From Candidatus Nanopelagicales bacterium (GTDB taxonomy: Bacteria; Actinomycetota; Actinomycetes; S36-B12): 40,240 nucleotides of DNA. The stretch is taken from the NCBI GenBank assembly GCA_049317345.1, contig JBMOIL010000001.1:1-40240 (forward strand). Direction: 5' to 3'. The notes beneath the pieces were generated by a model, which saw nothing but the letters and a program-made list of their open reading frames with translations, was not told the origin of the DNA and made no database searches. Positions 1-9,938 of this stretch are shown here, piece by piece. Positions within the stretch are counted from its first letter, which is position 1. Each line of letters starts with the position of its first letter. The position numbers were made by a program, and so were the translations under genes.

Positions 1-282
1 AAGCCCACGGGCAAGGGCGCGGGCGGCTCTCCCCGCCCCGCCGCCGGCAAGACGCGCATCTGGGTGTCCCTCGGTCGCAAGTCCGGCGTCACCCCGAGCG
101 ACATCGTCGGTGCGGTCACTGGCGAAGCAGGGCTGAAGGGCAAGGATGTCGGGCCTGTGAAGATCCAGGAGTTCTTCTCACTGGTCGACGTCCCCGAGGA
201 CAAGGCACGCAAGGTTGTCAAGGCGCTCAATCACTGCACGATTCGAGGGCGTAAGGCCAAGGTGAAGCTCGACCAGGGCTGA
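1..282 (+). CDS. DEAD-box RNA helicase, C-terminal fragment (DbpA-type RNA-binding domain); 5' end lies outside the window
   Basis: Frame 1 is open from nt 1. The translation ...GKTRIWVSLGRKSGVTPSDIVGAVTGEAGLKGKDVGPVKIQEFFSLVDVPEDKARKVVKALNHCTIRGRKAKVKL fits the DeaD/DbpA C-terminal RNA-binding domain pattern (GR..GV.P.DIVGA...EAG....IG.I.I....S.VDVP). Confidence 0.65.
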   Translation, partial: KPTGKGAGGSPRPAAGKTRIWVSLGRKSGVTPSDIVGAVTGEAGLKGKDVGPVKIQEFFSLVDVPEDKARKVVKALNHCTIRGRKAKVKLDQG

Positions 283-344
283 GCCTCACGGGCCTCGCAA
301 CGACCGAGCTCACCGTGCGGATTCGTCCTCGCGTGCGACCGCGC

Positions 345-887
345 CTAGTCGAACTGAGCAGAGACCAGGTCGACGAGCAGTTTCTTGTCGACCTTCCAGT
401 CGACAGGAACCCGAATGGTCTTCTTGTTGACCTCGTAGCCCTCGAGACGCGGTCGGAATTCGTCGATGATGCCCTCATCGAACGGAGCGATGAGGATGTG
501 CGCCTTCTGTGCTCCCGCACCGAAGAGATAGCGCCCATCCTGCTTGAGCATCGGCTGATTCCACGCGATCACGACCTCGGCCTTGCGGAACTTCGCTGTC
601 AGGGTGGCGAAGATTGTGCGCATCGTCTTGGCCTTGGTTTCATCCAGCGTCTTGAGGTAGTCGTCGAAGGTCTCGTAGCGCCGTGACGACGTGTTGCCCT
701 TGGAGTAGAGGACGAGCGCATTGGCATGCGCGCGGCTGAGGCCGTGCTGCTCCTGCAGGAAGGCCATCTGATCGGCGTACTTCTCGCCCTTGACCTTCTT
801 CATCTGGGTGAACCAGTAGGACATGGGCTTGCCGTAGCGCTTCTCGATCGCAGGGAAGTGGGAGGCGCGATCAGGGCTGGATGGCAT
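345..887 (-). CDS. DUF4287 + DUF1801 (YdhG-like) domain protein
   Basis: 180-aa ORF. The N-terminal HFPAIEKRYGKPMSYWF...QEQHGLSRAHANALV resembles DUF4287. The C-terminal half (VIAWNQPMLKQDGRYLFGAGAQKAHILIAPF) resembles the DUF1801/YdhG fold. Confidence 0.55.
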   Translation of the reverse strand: MPSSPDRASHFPAIEKRYGKPMSYWFTQMKKVKGEKYADQMAFLQEQHGLSRAHANALVLYSKGNTSSRRYETFDDYLKTLDETKAKTMRTIFATLTAKFRKAEVVIAWNQPMLKQDGRYLFGAGAQKAHILIAPFDEGIIDEFRPRLEGYEVNKKTIRVPVDWKVDKKLLVDLVSAQFD

Positions 888-896
888 GCGGTGAGG

Positions 897-1247
897 CTAA
901 CTCTGCGCGGAGTAGGCGATCAACTGAATGGTGCGTCCGTCGGGGTCGGTGATGGTGGCGACGGCTCCACCGGGGATCTCATGCGGCTCGGAGCATGCGA
1001 TGCCAGAGCTCGACAGCCGCGCAGACTCATCCTCGAGCGAGTCGACCTCGAGGAGCATCACTTGCGAACCTCCCGTGGTCGTCATGCCTGGCCGCCACGG
1101 CGTGTGGAGGGCTATCCAACTGCCGTCGGCGAGCCCGAAACGCGCCCAGCCGACTCCCGGGGTGGGCTCTGCGGCGAGCAGGAGTGAGTAGAACGCTCTG
1201 CATTCGTCGAAGCGCTCGGTGATGAGCATCGTGCCGTCGTACCTCAT
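897..1247 (-). CDS. VOC (glyoxalase/bleomycin-resistance fold) family protein
   Basis: 116-aa ORF with the typical VOC layout (ERFDECRAFYSLLL ... ITDPDGRTIQLI). The start could instead be the Met at residue 7. Confidence 0.55.
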   Translation of the reverse strand: MRYDGTMLITERFDECRAFYSLLLAAEPTPGVGWARFGLADGSWIALHTPWRPGMTTTGGSQVMLLEVDSLEDESARLSSSGIACSEPHEIPGGAVATITDPDGRTIQLIAYSAQS

Positions 1248-1333
1248 GCCGAGACATTAGCGATAGGGCTCTCGGTTGCCCAGGGCCACCGCGCCCTCAG
1301 GCGGGGCTGTCATCGCCGTACTACGGTCTACGC

Positions 1334-3208
1334 GTGGCTGCCCACCCTCTTGACCCCCTTGATGATGTCGAGCTGCAGCGAATCGCAGTAGGTCTCCGCT
1401 CCGCCGGTGTCCTCCGCGACGGCGTCTTTGTCGCCGGAGTTGCACTCGATGAGCCCGACAAGGCGGCCCTGGCCGCATGGCGCCCGGGGGATTCACCGAA
1501 GCGGATCGCTCGTCTGTCGCTGTGGGACTCCGCGACGCGCACCATGTCACTCGCGCACGTGTCGGTGGACGGGGAACTGCTCTCCGTTGCCGCCGAACCA
1601 GGCGCGGTCGCCCCTCTGATTTCCACGCAGGCTGAGGCGGCCATGGACGCCGCCCGTGCCGATCCACGCTTCCAGGCCGCGATGCTGGCGCGCGGTATTC
1701 GGGATATGGAAGAGGTCTACCTGGAGGCCTGGCCCTTCGGGTCCGCGGTGCCTGACGACATCGATGGCGACAGGCGCCTGGCCTGGACTCCGCTGTGGCA
1801 TCGACCGACACCCGACGCAAATGTCTACGCGCACCCGATTTCCGGACTGCGCGCGATCGTCGACCTGGACACCGCGGAAGTCCTCGCCGTGGAGGATGAG
1901 GGCATCGTGCCCATCCCGAGCACTCCGGGCCCCTATCGAGCAGGCGAGACAGGCGCCGACATCCATCTCAAGCCACTCACGATCTCCCAACCCGAGGGCG
2001 CCTCGTTCGAGATGGATGGATGGGCCGTGACCTGGGAGCGGTGGCGGCTGCGCATCGGATTCGACCAGCGCGAGGGGCTGGTCATCCACGACGTGCGCTT
2101 TGTGGACGGTGACATCGAACGCCGCATCGCGCATCGCCTGTCGATCGCAGAGCTCGTCATTCCCTACGGCGACACGGTGGCCGAAGCGCACCGCAAGCAG
2201 GCCTTCGATACCGGGGAGTTCGGGCTTGGTGCCTACACCAACTCGCTCGTGTTGGGTTGCGACTGCCTCGGCGAGATCGTCTACCGGGACGTGACCCTCA
2301 TGGACCCGACCGGTGACGTGCGGGTCGTCAAGCAGGGGATCTGCTTGCACGAGGAGGACTTCGGGATCCTGTGGAAGCACACCGATGAACACGGTCACGT
2401 TGAGGTGCGGCGCGGTCGCCGCTTCGTGGCCTCGTCCATCGTCACGATCAACAACTACGAGTACGGCTACTTCTGGTACTTCTACCAGGACGGTTCCATC
2501 GAGTTCGAGGCCAAACTCACCGGCATCGTCCTCACCATCGCTGGAAAGCCGGGACCGTCTTCCACCGAATTGGAGCCGGGGCTCCTCGCCCCGTACCACC
2601 AGCACATCTTCTGTGCCCGCCTCGATCTCGACGTCGATGGCGCGAGCAACACGGTGATGGAGGTCGAGTCCGAAGCCCTTCCTCCCGGGCCCGACAACCC
2701 GCACGGGGCGGCGTACACCACACGCAGGACCCCCCTGAAGTCCGAGTTGCAGGCGCGCCGCACCGTCGATCCCTTCAACGGCCGCTACTGGAAAGTGGTC
2801 AACCCGAATTCGACCAACCACCTCGGTGACGCCGTCGGCTACAAGCTGGTCCCCGGGCATACGACCTATCCCATGGCTAGCCCCGACTCGGTCATCGGAC
2901 AACGTGCCGGATTCATGTACCACCACCTATGGGTCACACCGTACGACGGTGCGGAGCGCTATCCCGCTGGTGAGTACCCCTTCATGCACCCGGGTGGTGC
3001 GGGTCTGCCGACGTGGACAGCGCATGATCGCGCACTCACCGACACCGACGTCGTGCTCTGGTACTCCTTCGGGACCAATCACATCCCGCGGACGGAGGAC
3101 TGGCCGGTGATGCCGGTCGAGCGGGTCGGCTTCCACCTCAAGCCCGTGGGCTTCTTCAGACGCAGTCCCGGCATAGACGTGGCGCCTCAGGCGGGACACT
3201 GCCACTGA
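1334..3208 (+). CDS. Copper-containing primary amine oxidase (topaquinone enzyme)
   Basis: 624-aa ORF with a GTG start. It has the TPQ precursor consensus TINNYEYG, the Cu-ligand region HQHIFCARLDLDVDG, the C-terminal WYSFGTNHIPRTEDWPVMP and the N-terminal HPLDPL. Confidence 0.9.
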   Translation: MAAHPLDPLDDVELQRIAVGLRSAGVLRDGVFVAGVALDEPDKAALAAWRPGDSPKRIARLSLWDSATRTMSLAHVSVDGELLSVAAEPGAVAPLISTQAEAAMDAARADPRFQAAMLARGIRDMEEVYLEAWPFGSAVPDDIDGDRRLAWTPLWHRPTPDANVYAHPISGLRAIVDLDTAEVLAVEDEGIVPIPSTPGPYRAGETGADIHLKPLTISQPEGASFEMDGWAVTWERWRLRIGFDQREGLVIHDVRFVDGDIERRIAHRLSIAELVIPYGDTVAEAHRKQAFDTGEFGLGAYTNSLVLGCDCLGEIVYRDVTLMDPTGDVRVVKQGICLHEEDFGILWKHTDEHGHVEVRRGRRFVASSIVTINNYEYGYFWYFYQDGSIEFEAKLTGIVLTIAGKPGPSSTELEPGLLAPYHQHIFCARLDLDVDGASNTVMEVESEALPPGPDNPHGAAYTTRRTPLKSELQARRTVDPFNGRYWKVVNPNSTNHLGDAVGYKLVPGHTTYPMASPDSVIGQRAGFMYHHLWVTPYDGAERYPAGEYPFMHPGGAGLPTWTAHDRALTDTDVVLWYSFGTNHIPRTEDWPVMPVERVGFHLKPVGFFRRSPGIDVAPQAGHCH

Positions 3209-3230
3209 AGAGACCGCCTCGATTGAGTTT

Positions 3231-3253
3231 TTGACTGGGCTTTGATCAGTCAA
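3231..3253. promoter_or_regulatory. Inverted repeat TTGACTG-n9-CAGTCAA between the amine oxidase and metalloprotease genes
   Basis: Perfect 7-bp arms read directly from the sequence, lying in the 68-nt intergenic gap. It could be an operator or a weak terminator stem; there is no T-tract. Confidence 0.25.
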
Positions 3254-3276
3254 TGACTTGCGCTTAGCCTGAAGGT

Positions 3277-4005
3277 ATGAGTGCTGGACTCATCAGGGCA
3301 GGCGTCGCCGCTCTCGCGGTCGCGCTGTTTATCGGCGTGGCACCCGCCCAGGCAGGTCCGACAGGGGGGGACCAGCCGACCCGCCAGGCTGTTGCACTCG
3401 TGGCCGAATCCGACTACTCCAGCTTCTTCGGCGACGCCTCCCTGAGCGGATCGGGATGGGCGGCGTGCCCCGAGCCCGTGACCTGGAGCGTGGACATGGG
3501 TCGGCTCAGCCCCGCCGCCGCGAAGCGCGAGATGGCGCGCCTGCAGAAGGCTCTCGGACTGTGGTCGCGCTACTCAGGAGTGCCACTGGAATTCGCGGGG
3601 CGTCAACCGCTCGTCTACGACAACACCTCCTACCAACTGAGGGCTGCTGACAATTCAGCCTCGCGCACGCGCCATATCTATATCGGCTTCTACGGTGGCA
3701 AGGAAGTCGCCGGACTCAGTGGCAACGTCGTGGGGCTCGCTCGACCCACCTCCGTGCTCGCCGGCGAGCTCATCTCGGGCATGGCCGTCTTTCGGCGCGG
3801 CTATGTGCTGCGTGAGCAATCGGAGGAGCCCCGCCATCTGACGCATCTCTACCTGCATGAATTGGGGCACATCTTCGGCCTGGGTCACGCAACATCACCT
3901 GAAAACGTGATGTACCCAACGTTGGGCACTATGACTGACCTCGGACCCGGCGACCGCGCTGGCGCACGGGACTTCGCGCAAGAGTGCACGACCCAGCCTG
4001 AGTGA
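3277..4005 (+). CDS. Secreted zinc metalloprotease, metzincin/matrixin-like
   Basis: N-terminal signal peptide (AALAVALFIGVAPAQA|GP), the extended zinc motif HELGHIFGLGH (HExxHxxGxxH) and a downstream Met-turn (NVMYP). Confidence 0.8.
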   Translation: MSAGLIRAGVAALAVALFIGVAPAQAGPTGGDQPTRQAVALVAESDYSSFFGDASLSGSGWAACPEPVTWSVDMGRLSPAAAKREMARLQKALGLWSRYSGVPLEFAGRQPLVYDNTSYQLRAADNSASRTRHIYIGFYGGKEVAGLSGNVVGLARPTSVLAGELISGMAVFRRGYVLREQSEEPRHLTHLYLHELGHIFGLGHATSPENVMYPTLGTMTDLGPGDRAGARDFAQECTTQPE

Positions 4006-4121
4006 CTCTCTGCCCGTGAGATAGAGGAACACCCTCTGGTCAGCGTGCTACTGGCCCTGCGAGGATCCGCCGCCTGGGCAATAGCCCCACCGGGCCATAC
4101 CGCGTCTCCTACGATGACCCC

Positions 4122-4922
4122 GTGAGCAACAGGGAGCCCGGGCCAGGCAGGTCATCCGACGTCCTCGACGCAATCCTGGGCAAGGTCTCGGACAACCGCA
4201 CGCGCACGGAGACGACAAACGCTCTCTTCCGCGCCAAGGCCCTCGATCAGTTGGACATCGCAGCCGACATCGACAACCAACTCCCCCTGGTCTCGCGACG
4301 CAACTGGCTGCTCCTTGTCGGGGCCGCACTCATCGTCGTTGCCTTCGTGATCTGGGCGGCTCTGACCCCGGCCACCCAGTCGGTGTCTGGGACCGGGCGC
4401 ACCCTCGCGCCCTCCGGGCTGCTCTCCATCACGTCACCGGTCAGTGGATTTGTCGTCGAGATGACCGTCACCAGCAGCGATCCCATCCAGCCTGGCGACA
4501 AGGTCGCCCTGGTCCAGTCCGACTCTGCCCAGGTGCCGATCACGTCGATCGTCGCCGGCACTACCTGGCAGGTGTCGACGACGATCGGTTCGCCGGTGGC
4601 GCAGGGTGAAGTGATCGTGACCGTCCTGCCTGCCAAGTCGGAAACCACCGCCCTGGTGGTGCTGCCCGACGAGAGCGCCGAATTGGTGCGTGCCGGCATG
4701 ACGGTCAATGCCAACGGCAGCTCCGTAGGGACGGTCGCCGCCGTGCAGCCACCACTTCCCGCCGCGGAGGTCATGCAGCGGACCGGGATCACCGTGCCCG
4801 CGGGTCAGCTTGCCTCGATCGTCGAGGTCGCACTGTCGCAGCCCGCAGAGCCGGGGCGCTCGACGACCTACACCATCACGCTCACGAGCCAGTCGATCCT
4901 CCAGCAGATCTTCACGCGCTGA
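4122..4922 (+). CDS. NHLP-type bacteriocin system secretion protein (HlyD-like membrane fusion protein), set 1
   Basis: GTG start. It has the LFRAKALDQLDIAADIDNQLPLVSRRNWLLL motif followed by a single TM helix, then a beta-rich body. Its stop overlaps the next gene's start (TGATG). It is a paralogue of 26090-26872. Confidence 0.7.
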   Translation: MSNREPGPGRSSDVLDAILGKVSDNRTRTETTNALFRAKALDQLDIAADIDNQLPLVSRRNWLLLVGAALIVVAFVIWAALTPATQSVSGTGRTLAPSGLLSITSPVSGFVVEMTVTSSDPIQPGDKVALVQSDSAQVPITSIVAGTTWQVSTTIGSPVAQGEVIVTVLPAKSETTALVVLPDESAELVRAGMTVNANGSSVGTVAAVQPPLPAAEVMQRTGITVPAGQLASIVEVALSQPAEPGRSTTYTITLTSQSILQQIFTR

Positions 4923-7108
4923 TGTCGACGACAAGCCCGCCGCAGGCATCTACGAAGTCGGAGCATCCTCGAAAGCTCCGGCGGCGCGTACCCAGCATCC
5001 TCCAGATGGAGGTCACCGAGTGCGGGGCGGCGAGCCTTGGCATGGTCCTTGCGTACTACGGGCTCTTCCGCCCGCTCGAGGAGCTCCGGATTCGGTGCGG
5101 AGTCGCTCGTGACGGGGCGACCGCAAGGAACATCGTCCAGGCGGCACGCGCATACGGACTGAAGCCCCGCGCGATGAAGCGGGAGCCGCACCAGCTCAAG
5201 GACATGGCGTTTCCGCTCATCATCCACTGGCGCTTCTACCACTTCCTCGTTCTCGAGGGGTACTACCCCGGCGGCTGGTACTTGAACGACCCTGCCATGG
5301 GTCCGCGTACCTGCGACGACGATGAATTTGACGAGTCCTTCACCGGAGTCGCCATCGAGTTCAGCCCGGACGAGGGGTTCGAACCGGGCGGCAAGAGGCG
5401 CGGGGTCCTCGGCCGTCTGCTCTCGGCGGCAGGGACGGTCCGGCCGATGATGATCTTCTCCGCAATCCTGGCCCTGCTTCTCGTCGTCCCCACGATTCTT
5501 GTGCCCGCTGTCGTGCAGCTCTTCGGAAACGGCCTTGCCGGCGCCGAGGGAATCGCTCTTCAGGCTGCCATCCTCGGGCTGGCCATCGCTCTGGTCATGC
5601 AGGTGCTCCTTCTGTGGCTCCAGGGCGGGCTCTCGATGCGACTTGCCACCAAGATCACGACTCGTGTCGGTGCTGGCATGGTGCTTCGCCTCCTTCGATT
5701 GCCGATGGCCTTCCATGCCCAGCGCGGCGCGAGTGCCCTTGCCCAGCGCGCGCTCCTCATCGACCAGATGAGTGCCGCCGTGACCGCAGTTCTCGTCTCA
5801 GCCACCGGGGGAATGCTGCTCGCGGTCGTGGCCGGCGTGGTGCTTTTGGCACTCAACTGGGTGTCAGGTCTCGTTGCCGCTGCAGTCGCGCTCACGACCG
5901 CCCTCACGGTCCGGCACACCCTGGCAAAGTCGCGCGACGAGGCCAGTCGCGTCATCCGGGAGTACGTCGAGGTCGGCGCGGTGATGTCCTCCTCGCTAAG
6001 CCAGATCGAGCCCATTAAGGCATCCGGCACGGAGGACGGGATCATCGCCCGCGGCCTAGCGGCCGAGAACCGGCTGTTGGATGCCCAGCAGCGCATCGGC
6101 GTCCGCTCGCTCAACCTCACGATCCTGCCGGGGGTCCTCGCGGGAGGAGGCACTGTCCTCATCGCCATGGCAGCCGCGTGGCAGGTGCTCTCGGGCAACC
6201 TCGATCCAGGGGGATTCCTCGCTGTACTTGCCCTCGCCGCTGTCGTCATCGCGCCCATGTCGCAGGTGGTGGTCGCACTGGACCAGGCCCAGACACTGAG
6301 AGCAACCCTGGACCAGGTGGATGACATCTCCGACGCACCCGAGGATCCAGAGCTCGCCAACGTGCCGGAGGGCGAAGTGCCGGCCACGCTCGCGGGCGAC
6401 CTGCGACTGGTCGACGTGACCTTCGGTTACAGCCCCCTCGGTGAGCCGACGATCAGCAATCTCGACCTGCACATCTCCCCCGGCCGACGCGTGGCTCTCG
6501 TGGGTCCCAGTGGCTGCGGCAAGTCCACCGTGTCCCGTTTGGTCACCGGCCTGTACGCGCCCACCTCAGGTGAACTCCTCATCGATGGCCGGCCACGCTC
6601 TCAGCACGCACGGGGCGTCCTCACCGATCGCATCGCTCTGGTGGATCAGGATGTGACGATTTTCAGCGGCACGCTGCGCGACAACGTGACGCTCTGGGAT
6701 CCGACCATCTCGGATCGCGACGTCATGGCCGCGCTCGTCGACGCGCAACTGGGCGACCTCGTGGCCACGCGACCCGGCGGCCTCGACACCGAGTTGACGG
6801 AGGGTGGCGCGGACCTCTCGGGGGGCCAGCGCCAGCGCATCGAGATCGCCAGGGCGTTGGCCCGCAATCCCGTGCTCCTCGTCATGGATGAAGCGACGAG
6901 CGCCCTGGATCCGGTGACAGAAGAAGCCATTGACGTCGCGGTACGTCGGCGCGGCATCACCTGCCTGGTCATCGCGCATCGGCTCTCGACGATCCGCGAC
7001 AGCGACGAGATCGTCGTCATGCGTCAGGGACGGGTGGTTGAGCGAGGAACGCACGACGAGTTGATGCGCACCGGCGGCGCCTACGCACAGTTGGTGGGAA
7101 CCCAGTGA
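4922..7108 (+). CDS. Peptidase C39-domain ABC exporter (peptidase/permease/ATPase), set 1, catalytically intact peptidase domain
   Basis: The N-terminus reads ILQMEVTECGAASLGMVL (Gln28, Cys34 at nt 5021-5023), followed by HWRFYHFLVLEG and NDP. This is followed by six predicted TM helices, Walker A GPSGCGKST, signature LSGGQRQR and Walker B LLVMDEATSALD. Confidence 0.9.
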   Translation: MSTTSPPQASTKSEHPRKLRRRVPSILQMEVTECGAASLGMVLAYYGLFRPLEELRIRCGVARDGATARNIVQAARAYGLKPRAMKREPHQLKDMAFPLIIHWRFYHFLVLEGYYPGGWYLNDPAMGPRTCDDDEFDESFTGVAIEFSPDEGFEPGGKRRGVLGRLLSAAGTVRPMMIFSAILALLLVVPTILVPAVVQLFGNGLAGAEGIALQAAILGLAIALVMQVLLLWLQGGLSMRLATKITTRVGAGMVLRLLRLPMAFHAQRGASALAQRALLIDQMSAAVTAVLVSATGGMLLAVVAGVVLLALNWVSGLVAAAVALTTALTVRHTLAKSRDEASRVIREYVEVGAVMSSSLSQIEPIKASGTEDGIIARGLAAENRLLDAQQRIGVRSLNLTILPGVLAGGGTVLIAMAAAWQVLSGNLDPGGFLAVLALAAVVIAPMSQVVVALDQAQTLRATLDQVDDISDAPEDPELANVPEGEVPATLAGDLRLVDVTFGYSPLGEPTISNLDLHISPGRRVALVGPSGCGKSTVSRLVTGLYAPTSGELLIDGRPRSQHARGVLTDRIALVDQDVTIFSGTLRDNVTLWDPTISDRDVMAALVDAQLGDLVATRPGGLDTELTEGGADLSGGQRQRIEIARALARNPVLLVMDEATSALDPVTEEAIDVAVRRRGITCLVIAHRLSTIRDSDEIVVMRQGRVVERGTHDELMRTGGAYAQLVGTQ

Positions 7109-9936
7109 GCACGACATCGCAGGTACGGCCCCTCACGGCAGTCGACACGCTGCGACCCGAGCCGGGGGAGGTCATCGATGTGCTGGAGGGGGAGGTGCTG
7201 GTCTTCGCCGTCGGCACCGACGATCACCGCACTCCCCTGTGCACAGCGCGAGCCGGCTCCGTAGTCGTCGGCTGCAACACTGCACCCGATGGAGCGACCT
7301 TGCTTGTCACCGGGCTACCCGGGGCGCAGGTGCGGGTCACATCACTCGACAGCAACAGCCTGAATGCCGGGCAGCTCGACACGTGGCTCGACCTCCTCGG
7401 CTCATCGCTCGCTCAGGGCCGATGGCCCAGCAGCCTGGTGCCTGTCGCATCCGCGGGCTCAATGCTCGCTCCCGGGGAGTGCGTCGGGCCGCAGCGAGAC
7501 GACCCGCACCTGGTCTGGGTGCGGCTCACCGCTGGCACTGCAGACCTATGCGGCCTGGATGGAGCCACACTTGACGCGCAGTCACCACCGATTCCGATTC
7601 CCCGCGGCACCTGGCTGCGTGCGGGTCTGAGGTGTCGGATTGCCGAGGCGGACCCTCCGAGCACCACCGGGGAGTGGGCTGACGCTCTCGACGTGTGGGG
7701 GCGACTCACGGTCTCCGCGGTCGAGTCGCGGGCACGCCGGGCGGACCTTGCGGCGGCCCTCGAACGCCAGGCCGTGGACGCACGTTCGGGCGCAGCAATC
7801 CACAAGGGGGTGGATCTGCTCACCACGGCGGTCGGCGCCAAGGAGCGTCCGCCCGCCCTTGCGGACGAAGCCCAATCCCAGCAACTCTTCGCGGCACTGA
7901 CAGCAGCACGGGCCAGCGGTCTGACGATCACCGATGAGGCGCTACTTCGGGCCGCCGAGGATGTCGACAGCGGACGGGATCCCGCGGCCGCCCTCGCCGC
8001 CGTCGCCGACGCACGCGCCCGGCCCATCACGCTCGAGGCAGGATGGCACCGTCGCGAGGGGACTGCGAAGTATGTCGACGTCGTGCAGGAGCATTCCCGC
8101 GCTAGCGAGCCCCGAGCGCTCGTGTGGCGACGCGGCTGGGTGCTCATCGATGCCGACGGCCAGGGCCTGCCAGTAGACGACGAGGTAGCCGAACGCATCT
8201 CCCGGAAGGCCATCGAGTTCCTGCCTGTCCTTCCGCCACGACCGAGCAGCCTCTCCGACCTCGTCCGGCTCGCACAGCGTGGCAGCGCACGCGAGTGGGT
8301 CGCGGTAGGCATCGTCACCGCCCTCGTTGCCTCTATGGCCTTCTTCACACCGTTTCTCCTGGGCAGGCTGCCGACGCTCTTCTCCCAGGACGCTCCCGCG
8401 ACCGCCTACGCCGCAATTTTCATCGCTCTCCTGCTCATCGTGCTGGCGGGCGCGGCATGGCAGGCAGTGCGCGCCCTGGCGCTGCTGCGCGCGCGGAGCC
8501 GATCCGTGGCCGTCGCCTCCGGTGCTGTGTGGGAACGCATCATGCGACTGCCCGCACCGTGGCATGGCTCACGCAAACTTGGCGATCGACTCAATCAGGC
8601 GAGCTCGGTGAACTTCGCGTCCGCTGCATTCCCGGACGAGACCCTCACTCAACTACTTAACACCGCAGCAATTTTCGGTGCTCTACTCGCCATCGCGACC
8701 ACCGGCCCGGTGCTGCTCGTCGCGCTGCTCATCGTGTTCGCTCTGCAGGGGCTCGTCATCGCCGGCTTCCTGCGCGCCACCGTGTCACGGGCATCCGATC
8801 GGATCACCGCTTCCGCGGATGCGAGCGGGAGGCTAATCGAGATCCTGAGGGCCATTCCGCGCCTGCGCGTGAGCGGGGCCGAGTCGCGCGCCTTCCTCCG
8901 CTGGGCGCAGCTCCAGGCGCGTTTCGCCCAGGCGGATCTCAGTCTCCGTCGGATCACCATGGTCCAGGGTGTGGTCATCGCAGCATGGCCCGTGTTCACG
9001 CTCATCGTCATCATCGCGGTCATCGGCGTGACCGGTGGCACCTTCGGTGACTTCATCACCGCGCAGACGGCTGCGACGGCAGGCACGGTTGCTATCTCCG
9101 CCCTCGCCATGTCGGGCGGCGCCGCTGTTGTGGCGCGCCAGTCTCTCCTGCGTACCCGCCCCGCGCTCGAGGCCGTGCCCGAAGGCGGGGGCGACGGAAT
9201 CCAGCCCGGTGCGTTGAGCGGACTCATCGAGGTGCGAGACATCGTCTTCCGCTACGCGCCGGGCCTGCCCCCGGTCCTGGACCACGTGAGCCTGACGGTC
9301 AACCCTGGCGAGCAGGTGGCCATCGTCGGACCGTCAGGATGCGGCAAGACGACGCTGATGCGCATCATCCTGGGCCTGGAGAACGCCGAATCCGGCGTCA
9401 TGCTGGTCGACGGCCGAGATCTCAGCGGCCTGGACAAGCCAGCCGTGCGACGCCAGGTGGGATCGGTGCTGCAGTCGGCGGTTCTTCTTCCTGCCAGCAT
9501 CCGCGAAAACGTCGCCATGGGCCGGACGCTCACGCAGGACGAGGTCTGGGCTGCTCTCGATGCCGCCTTCGTGGGGGACGATGTGCGCAAGCTTGCCATG
9601 GGTCTGGACACTCCCGTATCCGATGGCGGCGGCACGCTATCGGGAGGCCAGCGCCAACGCATCCTCATCGCTCGCGCACTCGCAGGCCGGCCGCGCGTGC
9701 TCGTCCTCGACGAGGCCACCAGCGCGCTGGACAACATCACGCAGGCCGGGATTGTCTCGGCGCTCGACCAGCTGAACATCACGCGCCTCGTCGTAGCGCA
9801 CCGCCTCTCAACGATCCGCAACGCGGATCGCATCTTCGTGCTCGACGGTGGCCGGCTGGTCGATGAGGGCACATACGAGGAGCTCATCAGTCACCCCGGC
9901 CCCTTCCGAGACCTCGCTCTCCGCCAGGAGACCTAG
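7105..9936 (+). CDS. ABC exporter permease/ATPase with a ~400-aa N-terminal extension (NHLP export partner), set 1
   Basis: GTGA overlap with the upstream gene. It has a TM region, Walker A GPSGCGKTT, signature LSGGQRQR and Walker B VLVLDEATSALD. The N-terminal segment GEVIDVLEGEVLVFAV...ARAGSVVVG looks like a cNMP-binding-like beta barrel. Confidence 0.85.
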   Translation: MSTTSQVRPLTAVDTLRPEPGEVIDVLEGEVLVFAVGTDDHRTPLCTARAGSVVVGCNTAPDGATLLVTGLPGAQVRVTSLDSNSLNAGQLDTWLDLLGSSLAQGRWPSSLVPVASAGSMLAPGECVGPQRDDPHLVWVRLTAGTADLCGLDGATLDAQSPPIPIPRGTWLRAGLRCRIAEADPPSTTGEWADALDVWGRLTVSAVESRARRADLAAALERQAVDARSGAAIHKGVDLLTTAVGAKERPPALADEAQSQQLFAALTAARASGLTITDEALLRAAEDVDSGRDPAAALAAVADARARPITLEAGWHRREGTAKYVDVVQEHSRASEPRALVWRRGWVLIDADGQGLPVDDEVAERISRKAIEFLPVLPPRPSSLSDLVRLAQRGSAREWVAVGIVTALVASMAFFTPFLLGRLPTLFSQDAPATAYAAIFIALLLIVLAGAAWQAVRALALLRARSRSVAVASGAVWERIMRLPAPWHGSRKLGDRLNQASSVNFASAAFPDETLTQLLNTAAIFGALLAIATTGPVLLVALLIVFALQGLVIAGFLRATVSRASDRITASADASGRLIEILRAIPRLRVSGAESRAFLRWAQLQARFAQADLSLRRITMVQGVVIAAWPVFTLIVIIAVIGVTGGTFGDFITAQTAATAGTVAISALAMSGGAAVVARQSLLRTRPALEAVPEGGGDGIQPGALSGLIEVRDIVFRYAPGLPPVLDHVSLTVNPGEQVAIVGPSGCGKTTLMRIILGLENAESGVMLVDGRDLSGLDKPAVRRQVGSVLQSAVLLPASIRENVAMGRTLTQDEVWAALDAAFVGDDVRKLAMGLDTPVSDGGGTLSGGQRQRILIARALAGRPRVLVLDEATSALDNITQAGIVSALDQLNITRLVVAHRLSTIRNADRIFVLDGGRLVDEGTYEELISHPGPFRDLALRQET

Positions 9937-9938
9937 TC

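Noticed and set aside
1547-2926. 459-aa minus-strand ORF inside the amine oxidase gene
   Set aside because: It is antisense to a gene with unambiguous TPQ and copper motifs, and its own translation has no recognisable features.
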